Origin: a bacterium
Lineage (GTDB): Bacteria; UBA8248; JACPRG01; G963555815
Assembly: GCA_965218795.1 (NCBI GenBank)
Contig: OZ244653.1
Location: 4,352,001 to 4,416,000, forward strand
Reading direction: 5' to 3'
Length of the DNA: 64,000 bases
Shown here one piece after another: positions 1 through 10,883 of this stretch; positions within the stretch are counted from its first letter, which is position 1, and each line of letters begins with the position of its first letter. Under the pieces are notes generated by a model, which saw only the letters and a list, made by a program, of their open reading frames with translations, ran no database searches and had not been told where the DNA came from. The position numbers and the translations under genes are program-made.

Positions 1-2
1 TC

Positions 3-407
3 GTTCTGCTCGATTTCGAGACACCGTTTTTCCGATATCTGATTGAGGAGGCGAAATTGCAGGGTTTCGATGGGCTATACGCCTCGACCCGTTCGGTCGC
101 CGACAACCAGGGCATCCTTGTCGCCTTCAAGCTTCGCTGGCAGAACGACCAGGGGGAGGTCTTAACGGAGGAATTTGTTCCGCTGTTCGCCGCGAAAAAC
201 GGAGAGATCACGAAGAACCCACCATTTCTCGCGGAGTGGCTGGTATCGCCGGTTCCGTCCGCCACGGCGCCAGACCTGCAAATGGCGGAGCGCCCGGAAA
301 TTTACGACCGCTTAGTGGCAAAAGCCAACCGGCTCCTTGCCGCCGAAAGCACCCGCTTCAAGCATCCAAACGGGCTTGTAGAACTCGCGGCGGCGGATTA
401 TAGATAG
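3..407 (+). CDS. C-terminal part of a CDS entering from before the window; product unknown
   Basis: Frame open from position 3 (VLLDFETPFFRYL...) to TAG at 405-407; no diagnostic motif. Confidence 0.6.
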   Translation, partial: VLLDFETPFFRYLIEEAKLQGFDGLYASTRSVADNQGILVAFKLRWQNDQGEVLTEEFVPLFAAKNGEITKNPPFLAEWLVSPVPSATAPDLQMAERPEIYDRLVAKANRLLAAESTRFKHPNGLVELAAADYR

Positions 408-726
408 GGCAGTTCTAGCTAAGGACGCTGTTGCGTGGAATTCGTCCATGTTTTCAATTGGTTAAGCAACTCCTGGTGGTTTCCGCCATTGAAGCGCCAT
501 TCGCAATCCTTCAGGAAGAGGTAGAGCTTTGTCGCGGGATACCGTTGAAACGCCGCAAGTGCCGCTTGGCTTGGTTCCAGAAGTTCTCGATTCCGTTGAT
601 GGGGTTGCCCTCGCCTGAGAGCCGTTTCTGAAAAGTTTCCTTGAACGCTGGGAGACCTCCACGTCCACCGCCTTCAGCATGGCGGCGATGTCCGCCCGCC
701 AGGCAGACGCAAATGATTGAAAACAC
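407..726 (-). mobile_element. IS1595-family transposase 3' remnant with probable terminal repeat
   Basis: INGIENFWNQAKRHLRRFNGIP motif in ORF 511..726; GGGCAGTTCTAGCTAA at 407-422 resembles IS1016-type ends; frameshifted. Confidence 0.75.
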
Positions 727-739
727 GCCGGATACGACA

Positions 740-768
740 AGACCCCGATGGGGTCTCCCTCGGGGTCT
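740..768 (-). terminator. Hairpin downstream of lspA, possible terminator
   Basis: AGACCCCGA (740-748) / TCGGGGTCT (760-768) perfect 9-bp stem; weak U-tract. Confidence 0.45.
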
Positions 769-820
769 CGCGTTAACTGATGGGTCGCCAGAGTTGGCGG
801 TTACAAATTTGGCTGGGCGG

Positions 821-1369
821 TTAAGCCTCTTCTTTGGTTCTCTTGCGAGAGTTTCCTCTCAGGATCATATCGAGAAAGAGAAGCCCCACGCCCGTCGAGA
901 TGGCCGTGTCGGCGATGTTGAAGGCCGGCCAGGGGATGATGGGCGGGAAGTAGATGTCCCCGGCGTAGAATTCAAGAAAATCCACAACTTCCTGAAACCT
1001 CACCCGGTCGATCAGGTTTCCCGCCGCGCCGCCCAGGATGAGCGAGAGCCCCCAGCGGTGGGCACGCTGGCCGGGATTCGACTGCTTATAGTAGTAGAGG
1101 ATTCCGATACCGATGATGATCGTCAGAACGACGAAGAAGGGTATGACGACGGCCGGGTTCCCCGACGCCAGCAGGCCGAAGGCCGCGCCCGGATTCCGAA
1201 CGTACGTCAGATTGAAGAAGCCGGGAATGACGGTGACGGATTCACCCGGAAACAACGATGCCTGGACGACGGCTTTGGTGAACTGGTCCAGGAGGACGAC
1301 GCCGCCGGCGATGAGGATCAGGAACGAAAACCTGACCTTTGGTACGGGTTCTGTCAGGCCGGTCGTCAC
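821..1369 (-). CDS. lspA: Lipoprotein signal peptidase II
   Basis: DQxTK, NxGAAFG, GNLIDR, VVDF and FNIAD motifs; GTG start chosen just after the ileS stop. Confidence 0.95.
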   Translation of the reverse strand: MTTGLTEPVPKVRFSFLILIAGGVVLLDQFTKAVVQASLFPGESVTVIPGFFNLTYVRNPGAAFGLLASGNPAVVIPFFVVLTIIIGIGILYYYKQSNPGQRAHRWGLSLILGGAAGNLIDRVRFQEVVDFLEFYAGDIYFPPIIPWPAFNIADTAISTGVGLLFLDMILRGNSRKRTKEEA

Positions 1370-1373
1370 CCTG

Positions 1374-4160
1374 TCAACCCAAAATTGAAGCGCACCGGCG
1401 GCAGAGGGTCGGATGATTCGCATCCACCCCCACCGTAGGGAGGACCATCCAGCACCGTTCGCACTTCTCCCCCTCCGCGCGCTCCACCCGAACGGTCCAC
1501 GGGGTGTCTCCGTCGCCGCCGGGCGCCGATTCCACTTCCACCCCCGAGACGATGAAGAGCATGGGGAGGTCGTCGCGGTAGGGCTCGAGGAAAGACAGGA
1601 ACTCGTCCGACGCGGAGACGATCGCCTTTGCGTTCAGCGCGCTTCCCAGGCCCTCGTTCGCGCGGGCCCCCTCCAGCGCCTTCAGGGCGCCGTCCCGCAG
1701 TTCGAGCAGGCGGTCCCACCGGGCGGCCAACGCCTCATCCAGATGCGATTCATCGACTTCCGGGAGGAGGGCCAGGTGAACGCTGGGTTCCCGATCCGGG
1801 GACGGGTGAGGCATGAACTCCCAGACCTCGTCCGACGTGAACGGAAGGATCGGGGCCATCAGCCGCACCATGGCGTCGGCCAGCGCGCGCATGACGGTCT
1901 GCGCGCTCCGCCGGGCCTCCGATTCGGCGGCCTCGACGTACAGGCGGTCCTTGATGACATCCAGATAAAAGGCCGACAGATCCACCGCGCAGAAGTTGTG
2001 GAACGTCTGGTAGAAGAGATGGAATTCATACCGGTCGTATGCGGCTCTGACCCGCTGGATGAGCCCCGCCAGCTTGTGGAGCATGAACCGGTCGATCTCG
2101 CCGAGCCGGTCATAGGGGACAGCATCCTTCGACAGGTCGAAATCGTAGAGGTTTCCCAGGAGAAACCGGGAGGTGTTCCGGATGCGGCGGTACGCCTCCG
2201 AGTTGCGCTTCAGGATCTCCTGTGAGATCCGCACGTCCTCGCGGTAATTCTCCGAAGCCACCCACAGGCGGATGATCTCCGCGCCGCTCTGCTTGATGAT
2301 GTCCAGCGGGGAGATGACATTGCCGAGCGATTTGGACATCTTCCGGCCGTTGGCGTCCACCACGTAGCCGTGCGTCAGAACCGTATCGTAGGGGGCCCGG
2401 CCCCGCGTGCCGACCGATGCCAGCAGCGAGCTGTGAAACCACCCCCGGTGCTGGTCGCTCCCCTCCAGGTACATGTCGGCGGGCCAGGAGAGGTCGGCGT
2501 CCGGCTCCAGGACGGCGGCGTGCGACACGCCCGAATCGAACCAGACGTCCAGGATATCCAGGACCTTCTCGAAGTTCGCCGAGCCGCACGAGGGGCAAGC
2601 GAGCCCGTCCGGCGTGAAATCGGCGATGTCCCGATCGAACCAGGCGTCGGCCCCTTCCTTCTCCATCCACTCCGCGGCGCGCTCGGCGATTTGCGGGTCG
2701 ATCACGGCTTCGCCGCAGTCCTTGCACGAGAAGGCCGTGATGGGAACGCCCCAGGTCCGCTGGCGGGAGATGCACCAGTCGGGCCGGTTCTCGACCATTC
2801 CGTAGATCCGCTCCTGCCCCCAGGCGGGGAGCCACCCGACCCGGCGTATCTCTTCCAGGGCCTTTTCCCGGAGTTCGTTGTGCCTCATGGAGATGAACCA
2901 CTGTGGCGTCGCGCGGAAGAGCACCGGGTTGCGGCATCGCCAGCAATGCGGATAGGTATGCTCGATTCGCTCCTGCGCGATGAGGGCGCCGGTCGATTCC
3001 AGGCGCTCGACGATCTTCGGGTTGGCGTCCCAGACGGTCATGCCGCCGAACAGGGGGAGGTCCTTGTAGAACCGGCCGTGGTCGTCCACGGGGCAGAGAA
3101 CCTCCAATCCATACGCCTGGCCCGTCTCGTAGTCCTCCCGGCCGTGTCCGGGGGCCGTGTGGACGGCGCCGGTGCCCTGCTCCAGGGTGACGTAGTCCGC
3201 CAGGACGCCGATCGAATCGCGCTCGATGAACGGGTGACGGAAGACCGATCCTTCCAGGGCCTTGCCGGGATACTTCTGGAGGATCCGGTGCTCGGTGACT
3301 TCGAAAATCTCCATCAGCGCCGGAGTGAGACGCTCGGCCAGGATCCAGTGACGGGTCTCGTCCCGGACTTTGGCTTCGACCAGGGCGTAGTCGTACTCCG
3401 GGTGAAAGGCCACGGCCAGGTTGGCCGGCAGCGTCCATGGGGTCGTCGTCCAGATGACGACCGCCGCGCCCTCGGGGAGGTTCGCCGCCTCTCCGCCCCG
3501 GACGTACGGGAAGGCTGCATACACCGACGGCGAGATGTGGTCCTCGTACTCCACCTCGGCCTCGGCCAGCGCCGTCAGGTCGTACGTGCACCAGTGCACG
3601 GGCTTGAGGCCCCGGTAGACGGAGCCGGCCCGCAGGAATTTTTCGAGTTCCCGGACGGTGGCGGCCTCGAAGCCGTGATTCATGGTGAGGTAGGGCGTGT
3701 CCCATGCCCCGTAGGCCCCCAGCCGCTCGAACTCCTCCCGCTGGATCTGGACGTACTTCTCCGCAAACGCCCGGCACCGCCGGCGCTTTTCCGAAGGGGC
3801 GATGGTGTCCTTTTCCTTGCCGAGCTCGCGATCGACTTGGTGTTCGATGGGCAGCCCGTGGCAGTCCCAGCCGGGGACGTAGGGGGCGTCCAACCCTTCC
3901 ATGGCCTTGATCCGGACGACGAAATCCTTGAGTACCTTGTTCAGCGCGGTCCCCATGTGAATGTGGCCGTTGGCGTACGGGGGGCCGTCGTGCAGGACGA
4001 ATTTTTCCGCGCCCCGCCGGGCCTCGCGCAGCCTTCCGTAGACGTTCAGGTCCTTCCAGCGCTGAAGCCGCTTGGGCTCATTGACGGGGAGACCCGCCTT
4101 CATGGGGAAGTCGGTCTTCGGCAGGTTGAGCGTCGCCTTGTAATCCAGTTTTTCGGTCAT
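1374..4160 (-). CDS. ileS: Isoleucine--tRNA ligase
   Basis: LHDGPPYANG, HMGT (HIGH-like), GWDCHGLPIE, WCISRQR, KMSKS, C-terminal CERCW..CxRC zinc motif. Confidence 0.98.
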   Translation of the reverse strand: MTEKLDYKATLNLPKTDFPMKAGLPVNEPKRLQRWKDLNVYGRLREARRGAEKFVLHDGPPYANGHIHMGTALNKVLKDFVVRIKAMEGLDAPYVPGWDCHGLPIEHQVDRELGKEKDTIAPSEKRRRCRAFAEKYVQIQREEFERLGAYGAWDTPYLTMNHGFEAATVRELEKFLRAGSVYRGLKPVHWCTYDLTALAEAEVEYEDHISPSVYAAFPYVRGGEAANLPEGAAVVIWTTTPWTLPANLAVAFHPEYDYALVEAKVRDETRHWILAERLTPALMEIFEVTEHRILQKYPGKALEGSVFRHPFIERDSIGVLADYVTLEQGTGAVHTAPGHGREDYETGQAYGLEVLCPVDDHGRFYKDLPLFGGMTVWDANPKIVERLESTGALIAQERIEHTYPHCWRCRNPVLFRATPQWFISMRHNELREKALEEIRRVGWLPAWGQERIYGMVENRPDWCISRQRTWGVPITAFSCKDCGEAVIDPQIAERAAEWMEKEGADAWFDRDIADFTPDGLACPSCGSANFEKVLDILDVWFDSGVSHAAVLEPDADLSWPADMYLEGSDQHRGWFHSSLLASVGTRGRAPYDTVLTHGYVVDANGRKMSKSLGNVISPLDIIKQSGAEIIRLWVASENYREDVRISQEILKRNSEAYRRIRNTSRFLLGNLYDFDLSKDAVPYDRLGEIDRFMLHKLAGLIQRVRAAYDRYEFHLFYQTFHNFCAVDLSAFYLDVIKDRLYVEAAESEARRSAQTVMRALADAMVRLMAPILPFTSDEVWEFMPHPSPDREPSVHLALLPEVDESHLDEALAARWDRLLELRDGALKALEGARANEGLGSALNAKAIVSASDEFLSFLEPYRDDLPMLFIVSGVEVESAPGGDGDTPWTVRVERAEGEKCERCWMVLPTVGVDANHPTLCRRCASILG

Positions 4161-4249
4161 GGATTTCGCGGTGGTGGATCGAGGAGCAACACGGCGCAAA
4201 GTTCGGGCGCCCTGCCCCCGCTCAGTGCGCGGGCGTCCGTCCGGCTGCT

Positions 4250-5242
4250 CTATAAGTGCATCGCGGCCTTGGCCTCGTCCAGGGTTTTTCGGGCGTCCTC
4301 ACGAGCCTTCCGGCTGCCTTCTTCGAGGATGTCGCGGATCGTGTCCGGGTTCTGCAGCAGCCTCCGGCGCCGTTCCTGAATGGGGTCGAGGTATCCCGTC
4401 AGGTTCTTGTGAAGGACCTTCTTGCAATCCACACAGCCGATTTCAGCCGATCGGCATCCTTGGGCCGCCCACCCGAGCTCCTCGTCCGATGAGAAGATTC
4501 GGTGGAGATCGTACACCGGGCAGACATCGGGGTCGCCCGGGTCGTTCCGGCGCTTGCGGGCGGGGTCGGTCATCATGGTCATGATCTTCTGCCGCAGGGG
4601 CTCGCCCTCGTCGCTCAGGTAGACGGCGTTGTCGTAGCTCTTGCTCATCTTCCGGCCGTCGGTGCCGGGCAGTTTGGGAACCTCCGTCAGCTTCGGCTGA
4701 GGCTCGGGGAACACGTCGGTTCTGGAAATGAAATTGAACCGCCTGACGACCTCGCGGGCGAGTTCGATGTGCGCGACCTGATCCACTCCGACCGGGACCC
4801 AGTGGGCCTTGTAGATGACGATATCGGCCGTCTGGAGGAGGGGGTACCCGAGAAACCCGTAGGTGCCCAGGTCCACCTCGCTGATCTGCTCCTGCTGCTC
4901 CTTGTAGGAGGGGACGCGCTCCAGCCAGCCCAACGGGGTGATCATGGAGAACAGCAGGTGCAGCTCGGCGTGCTCCGGCACCTTTGACTGGATGAAGATC
5001 GTGCTGCGCTCGGGGTCCAGCCCGGCCGCCATCCAGTCCGCCGCCATTTCCGTGATGAGGGTCTGGATCTCCGCGGTGTCGTTGTAGTCCGTCGTCAGGG
5101 CATGCCAGTCGGCCACGAAGAAGAAACAGCGATAACCTTCCTGTAGATCCACCCAGTTCTTGAGCGCCCCGAAGTGGTTTCCCAGATGAAGTTTGCCCGA
5201 GGGGCGCATCCCGCTGAGGACGCGTTCCGGTTGCGTGGTCAC
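4250..5242 (-). CDS. trpS: Tryptophan--tRNA ligase
   Basis: SGMRPSGKLHLGN, GYPLLQTADI, VPVGxDQ, KMSKS. Confidence 0.97.
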   Translation of the reverse strand: MTTQPERVLSGMRPSGKLHLGNHFGALKNWVDLQEGYRCFFFVADWHALTTDYNDTAEIQTLITEMAADWMAAGLDPERSTIFIQSKVPEHAELHLLFSMITPLGWLERVPSYKEQQEQISEVDLGTYGFLGYPLLQTADIVIYKAHWVPVGVDQVAHIELAREVVRRFNFISRTDVFPEPQPKLTEVPKLPGTDGRKMSKSYDNAVYLSDEGEPLRQKIMTMMTDPARKRRNDPGDPDVCPVYDLHRIFSSDEELGWAAQGCRSAEIGCVDCKKVLHKNLTGYLDPIQERRRRLLQNPDTIRDILEEGSRKAREDARKTLDEAKAAMHL

Positions 5243-5284
5243 TTCCCGTTTTCCTTTATCCGGTCAGGGGTCCCGATGGCCCCG

Positions 5285-5911
5285 TTAGATTCCGTACACC
5301 CGGAGCAGCGTCCGGATGATCGGGAAAATCGTGTAGTCCAGGACCTGGAAAAAGATAAGGCCCAAAAGAATCAAAAACCCATAGGGCTCGATTCGGCTGT
5401 AGGCCATCGACCCGCGCGGGCTCAGCAGTCCGTTCAGGATCCGGCCGCCGTCCAGCGGCGGGATCGGGATCAGGTTGAATACCATCAGCGCCAGATTGAT
5501 CTGAACGCACAGGAAGACGATCAGAAACAGGGGCTCGTGCCCCCAGAACGCCTCTCCCCTCCGCGGGTCGGGAAGGAGGTGGTACATGGCGGCGAACACG
5601 GTCGCGAGCGCCAGGTTCGAAGCCGGACCCGCCAGGGCGACCCACATCATGTCCTGACGCGGCCGCTTCAGGTTTCGGACATCGACGGGAACGGGCTTCG
5701 CCCAGCCGATCATCTGTGTGATCACGAGCGCCAAGGTCCCGATCGGATCCAGATGCCGGAGAGGATTCAGCGTCACGCGCCCAAGCATCCGGGCCGTCGG
5801 ATCCCCCAGACGGTCGGCCATCCACCCATGGGCCGCCTCGTGGACGGAAATGGCCAGGAGGAATGCCGGCAGGATGACGGCGAGTCTCTGAACCAGCAGG
5901 TTGATATCCAC
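5285..5911 (-). CDS. Site-2 protease (M50) family membrane metalloprotease
   Basis: HEAAH zinc motif, AGPxxN and NLIPIPPLDG; start inferred at GTG 5911. Confidence 0.93.
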   Translation of the reverse strand: MDINLLVQRLAVILPAFLLAISVHEAAHGWMADRLGDPTARMLGRVTLNPLRHLDPIGTLALVITQMIGWAKPVPVDVRNLKRPRQDMMWVALAGPASNLALATVFAAMYHLLPDPRRGEAFWGHEPLFLIVFLCVQINLALMVFNLIPIPPLDGGRILNGLLSPRGSMAYSRIEPYGFLILLGLIFFQVLDYTIFPIIRTLLRVYGI

Positions 5912-5980
5912 GAACTGACTACCTTTCGACCCTTCGAGGGGCGGCGAAACGAAAACTCTTACCAAACCGGTTGAACCCTG

Positions 5981-8605
5981 TCAATCCGAGACGTGGAGGG
6001 CCAAGAGGCGGCGCACATAGGCGCGTTCGTGCGCCTCGCCCGGTTCGACGTCTCCGTCCAGCAGCGCGTCGCGCGCGGTGTCCAGCAACTCCCGGTACAG
6101 AGGTCCCGGCTCCACCCCCATCGAGATGAGGTCATCCCCGCCGATCGAGGGTTTCACGTCCTTCAGATGAGTCAGGTAGAGCGAGATGTTCTTCTTCGCC
6201 TGCTGGGAGGACGCGGCGGCCAGGGCGTACAGCAGGGTTTCATGCGCCAACGGGTGCAGGATGCGGTAGACCGTGCTGGCAGCGGTCTCCGGCCGGGTGA
6301 GTTCGGCCAACAGGTTGACTACCTCCCGGCGGGCTTGTCGGGTGCGGTCCCGCAGCCGGCCCGGCATGGCCAGACGCTGACACGCGGATTCCATATCGTC
6401 CGGCGGCAGCTCCTCGCAAAGACCCAGGAGGTACACCAGCCAATCCTCGATGGGGTGTCCTGTAAACAGCAGTTTGTACCAGGCGATGGCCTGATCGATC
6501 CCCCGAAAGCGACGCCTCATGGCCGGTGTTTCGCGAAGCTTCGGGTGGATGAACCGCAGCAGCCTCAGACGGCTCAGGCGCGCAATGTACCGCCAGGGTT
6601 CGGCTTCCGACAAAATGAGCTGCAGTTCGGTGAACAGCCGCTTCCCGGACAGTCGATCGAACAGATTGTTGCGGACGGCGTTCTCCAGCAGCGAGACGGT
6701 TTGGGCGCCGATCGTCAATCCGTACCGCTCCGCGAACCGAACGGCCCGGAAGGCGCGCGTGGGGTCCTCCACGAAACTCAGGTTGTGCAGGACGCGGAGC
6801 ACCTTTTCTTTCAAGTCCCGCCGTGACCCGAAGTAGTCCAGCAGCCTCCACGCGCGGCGGCCGTTCAACTGAACGGACATGGCATTGATGGAAAAATCCC
6901 GCCGGTACAGGTCCGTCCGGATATCGCTCATCTCGACCACGGGCAGGGCGGCGGGCTGATCGTAGTATTCAGTGCGGGCCGTGGCGACGTCGATGCGTTT
7001 TCCGTCGGGAAGGGTGATGACGGCGGTCCCATAACGGGGGTGGGCCCGGCAGCGCCCTTCCTCCCCGTCGGCCAGACGGCGGGCAAAAGCAATCCCATCC
7101 CCCTCGACCACCAGATCGACATCCACGTTTTCGATGCCCAGCAGCAGGTCGCGCACGACCCCGCCCACCAGGTGAACCGTGCAGCCCAACTCATCGGCGG
7201 TCTCCGCCGCGCGCTCCAGAAGCATGAAGAGCGCGCGCGACAGCCGGTCGCGGACAAGCGTCTTGACGCCGCGTGTGTGGGGCTTGGTCCGAATTTCCTC
7301 GGTGCGGCCTTCCTCATGCAGATAGCGGAGGACGTCCCCTCGGGCGATGATTCCCTCGATCCTCATGTTTTTTCCGTTTTTCGTCAGAACCGGGATGAGT
7401 TTCTGCCGACGGCTCAGGATCATTTCGAGCGCCCGTTCGGCGGATGCCTCCGGCGCGAGGGTTTCAAAATCACGGCTCATATAGTCTCCGATCGGCTCCC
7501 GGCCGAGGCCGTGGAGGATGGCCTTCTCCACAACGGGCCGGTTGATCAGCCCGACGACGCGCTCTTTTTCCATGACCGGCAGAACATTGAGACCATAGCG
7601 GGTCATCCATTGTTCGGCATCCCGAATGGCGGCATCGGCTCGAACGGTCCGAACGGTCGTCACCATCATGTCCCGCGCGGTCCGATTCCGGTTGCGTTCC
7701 CGTCGGAGGCGTTCCAGAAGCTGATCCCGCGCCTGGAACAATGTGAGCTCCTTGATGGACGCCGAGGCGGCCGAGGGATGTCCGCCGCCGCCAAAAGCCG
7801 TCGCGACCGCCCCCGCGTCGATCTCCCGAGAACGGCTGCGGGCAACCAGCTGGATCTTGTCACCCATCCGGACCAGCAGAAAGAAGGCCTGGGCGTCGGA
7901 AGCCGAGCGAAACTTTTGGGCGACCAGGGCGATGTCGTCCACGTACTGCTCCCGCGAGGCGACGGACAGAGCGACCGGGGTTCCCGAAATCCGGATTTCT
8001 TCCGCGGATTCCATCAACTCGTGAAGGAGGGAGACCTGGGTCGAATTGAGGTCCCGTTGGAGGAGGTCGGTGACAGCGGTCGGGTCCGCTCCCCGAGACA
8101 GCAGGAAGGAGGCCGCCTCCATGTCCTCCGGCGTGGTGTTGCTCGAGGAAAAACTGCGTGTGTCCTCGTGGATGCCGAGATTGAAGAGCGTGGCCTCCTG
8201 CGAGGAGATGGGAATTTCCCGCTCCCTCAAAAGGCGGACCAGAATGGTGGTGGTGGCCCCGACGGGACGAATGTCCGCGTGAGTTGGATGTAAGTCGCAA
8301 TCCGTCTTTTCGTGATGATCGAACACGTGGATTTCCGTGCTTTTCCGATCCAGGAAAAGGGCGAGGTCGCCGAGCCGCTTCCTGGATTGGGTGTCCACGA
8401 CGATCAGTCGGCGAACCGTATCCGGAGCGATGTCTTTGAGCTTGATGATGTTCAAAGCGCATGAGTCCGACTTGAGATATTGGCGGACAGCGGCTTCCTG
8501 AGATCCCGGAAACATCAGGGAAGCCTTCGGGTAGAGCTTGCCCGCGGCGGCCATCGAGGCCAGACAGTCGAAGTCCGCGCCGATATGGGATGTAACGAGT
8601 TCCAT
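5981..8605 (-). CDS. DHH/DHHA1-CBS-poly(A) polymerase-family tRNA nucleotidyltransferase (A-adding/CCA type)
   Basis: ADFD and DHH, GGGGH, CBS pair, VGGVVRDLLL..DVD, RRDFSIN, EDPTRAFRAVRF. Confidence 0.92.
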   Translation of the reverse strand: MELVTSHIGADFDCLASMAAAGKLYPKASLMFPGSQEAAVRQYLKSDSCALNIIKLKDIAPDTVRRLIVVDTQSRKRLGDLALFLDRKSTEIHVFDHHEKTDCDLHPTHADIRPVGATTTILVRLLREREIPISSQEATLFNLGIHEDTRSFSSSNTTPEDMEAASFLLSRGADPTAVTDLLQRDLNSTQVSLLHELMESAEEIRISGTPVALSVASREQYVDDIALVAQKFRSASDAQAFFLLVRMGDKIQLVARSRSREIDAGAVATAFGGGGHPSAASASIKELTLFQARDQLLERLRRERNRNRTARDMMVTTVRTVRADAAIRDAEQWMTRYGLNVLPVMEKERVVGLINRPVVEKAILHGLGREPIGDYMSRDFETLAPEASAERALEMILSRRQKLIPVLTKNGKNMRIEGIIARGDVLRYLHEEGRTEEIRTKPHTRGVKTLVRDRLSRALFMLLERAAETADELGCTVHLVGGVVRDLLLGIENVDVDLVVEGDGIAFARRLADGEEGRCRAHPRYGTAVITLPDGKRIDVATARTEYYDQPAALPVVEMSDIRTDLYRRDFSINAMSVQLNGRRAWRLLDYFGSRRDLKEKVLRVLHNLSFVEDPTRAFRAVRFAERYGLTIGAQTVSLLENAVRNNLFDRLSGKRLFTELQLILSEAEPWRYIARLSRLRLLRFIHPKLRETPAMRRRFRGIDQAIAWYKLLFTGHPIEDWLVYLLGLCEELPPDDMESACQRLAMPGRLRDRTRQARREVVNLLAELTRPETAASTVYRILHPLAHETLLYALAAASSQQAKKNISLYLTHLKDVKPSIGGDDLISMGVEPGPLYRELLDTARDALLDGDVEPGEAHERAYVRRLLALHVSD

Positions 8606-9092
8606 GAGTCTCCCGATTCGTCATTGTTGAGCGGCTTTTCAGGAATGGTCGAATCGCCGCTCCAGAATTCAGTATAGATGTCCCGTATTGATTTTCCCAT
8701 AGTCGCTCTGGGTACGTCCGGACTCGGCATGAAGAACTTTGGCGCGTGGCGTGTGAGAGTCAAACGCCGACTGGCGTCCGCATTGTCCTTCCGTTCCGCT
8801 CATTCTGGAAGCCGTTCGCCGGTAGCGGTGTGGGCTGCCCGGCCCACATCCTGGAGATACGCAACGCGGCCGTAGCGGAGCATGCGCTTGTCTTGATGCT
8901 TACCTGCGCATGCAAGGCCCTCCTCGGTCACCGGGCCGTTGCCGAAGCCGCATATCTGAAAACCGGCATTGCTCCGGTCCGCACACCGGCGGCTCGAACC
9001 GCCGGTGGGATGTCGATATTCCCGCTTCGCTCGGCAACATCCGTCGGTTTCTCGAAAACCGGAACTGACCTGGAAAATAATAATCCAAATAA

Positions 9093-9105
9093 AATCAATT
9101 GATTA
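9093..9105 (+). promoter_or_regulatory. IHF consensus site in the AT-rich junction between core and accessory DNA
   Basis: AATCAATTGATTA matches WATCAANNNNTTR. Confidence 0.4.
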
Positions 9106-9209
9106 CGTCAATTCTGAGCCCCAGGCAATAAATACAATGAAAAATGTTACTGACATAATCAGATGAAATTATTACATTGATTATTGTTATTGTCATAAAG
9201 GAGTGTTAT

Positions 9210-9896
9210 ATGGCTTCGAAATTTTCCTGGATACTTGATTATAAGGATTGGGAGGGCACGGCTTCGGACTTGGCACGCGTTGTGACCGAGGTGCGTGGCA
9301 GGATCGGCATATTCGATGACGACGTGACCCCCAACGAGCGTCTTATCCGGCACTATGTCCAGCAAGGCGTGCTCCAGCGTCCCGAGAGGCGCGGCAAAGA
9401 AGCGATTTTCGGATTCAGGCAGATTACGGAATTCCTGACCGCCCGAATCCTTCTCCGTGATGGCTGGCCGCTTGCCAAGGTTGCGGAATTGAATCGCGCC
9501 ATGGGTCTGGAGGCGTTGATCGACGTTCTGCCTGAGGAGCGTGATGAGGAGCGTGAGATGAACCAGGCGCAGAAGCTGGTTTCAAGGTTCCAGCAAGATT
9601 CCGCCGCTCCCCCGGCCAGTATGAGGAAGCTGGCGTCTCCGAATGTTTTACTCCGGCAATCGGTCGAGCTGACCAAGAACCGGATATCCCGCCGGGACGC
9701 GCTGGAAGCCCTGGGAAACCTTTCGGCGTCGCCCGAAAGGGACAGTCTGGTTCGCCTGGTGCTGGCTCCCTGGTGTCACGTCTACCTTGATCCGGAGGTG
9801 CTTCGCCGGCTGCCGCCCGAAACCCCCGAGCTCTTGGGGCAGGTTCTGACGCAGTGTTTGATGGATGAACGTATGCGCACAGGAGACAAAAAATGA
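9210..9896 (+). CDS. MerR-like HTH transcriptional regulator
   Basis: NERLIRHYVQQGVLQRP..AIFG..GWPLAKV resembles the MerR HTH; AAGGAG ribosome-binding site upstream. Confidence 0.75.
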   Translation: MASKFSWILDYKDWEGTASDLARVVTEVRGRIGIFDDDVTPNERLIRHYVQQGVLQRPERRGKEAIFGFRQITEFLTARILLRDGWPLAKVAELNRAMGLEALIDVLPEERDEEREMNQAQKLVSRFQQDSAAPPASMRKLASPNVLLRQSVELTKNRISRRDALEALGNLSASPERDSLVRLVLAPWCHVYLDPEVLRRLPPETPELLGQVLTQCLMDERMRTGDKK

Positions 9897-10880
9897 ATCA
9901 ACCAGATCTTCTTCTCACCCCCCGCCGTCCCGCGTTGTTGTCCGGGTTCGACAATCAGCTGGATGTCCTGGTGCGGCTTCAGGCGCCGGCGCAGCCCGAG
10001 GGGGCGCATGCGCGTTCCCCGCTTCATCTGGCCATCGTGATCGACCGGTCGGGCTCCATGTCTGGCCCCCCTCTCGAGGAGGCCAAGCGGTGTGCCCGTT
10101 TCATGATCGAATGAGGAACTCATGATCCAGATGGCTCGCACAGGCCAGGGCAACCCCTATTACGGCCGAACGGCCGAAGATCTGATGGATCCGTTTCAGG
10201 AAGAGTTCGATTTGCTGTCGGCGCTCTGCGCGAAAGAAATACGGGTCTCGCTCTCGCCGTCTGACGGCATGACCGCAAGCGTCCTGAACGATTACGTTCA
10301 GGACGGCGACGGCTCGTATCGCCTGCCGGGTCTTGCCTATGAAGGCGAAGTCTGGGCGGTGGCGAGGGTCGCGGTGCCCGAATCCCGCGCAGACAACGGC
10401 GACGGGACCTCTCTGACGAAGGTCATGACCGTATCGGCGGGCTTTCAGGATATCGAGGGGCGAAGTCATGAGGTGAAGGCGGAATCACTGGAGCTCCCGA
10501 GCCTGTCGAGTCCTGCCTGGAACGCCGTGGCTGAAGACGAGCTTGTCGCCCGGCGCGTTGCCGAGCTTGAAGCGGCCAGAATTCAGGACGAGGCCTATGA
10601 AGCCGCGCGTTGCGACGATTGGGAAGAGGTGCGTCGGCTTCTCGCTGAAGCGCGCGAGAACGCCAAGGGCAACGAATGGCTTGGCGAGGTCGCGGACAAG
10701 CTCCAGGAACTTGCTGCCGTCAAGGATAGCGTGATGTTTCGCAAGGAATCCAGATATTCATCCGCTAAAATGAATTTTCGCCTCGCCTCGGTGAACGAAC
10801 TGGAAGAGGGGTTGGCCGGAGTGCCGCGACGAGCCTACCTGCGACGGAAATCCGAACAGGGCAAGAAGGAAAGGGGCTGA
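9893..10880 (+). pseudogene. von Willebrand factor A domain protein with internal deletion and frameshift near 10110
   Basis: IVIDRSGSM MIDAS motif in 9893..10114 joined directly to the C-terminal part (N)EELMIQMARTGQGNPYY; central vWA missing. Confidence 0.8.
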
Positions 10881-10883
10881 TAC

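Noticed and set aside
2110-4379. Long alternative ORFs overlapping ileS (2110..3777, 2370..4379) and similar shadows over other genes
   Set aside because: Antisense or off-frame artefacts of high GC; Arg/Gly/Pro-rich and motif-free
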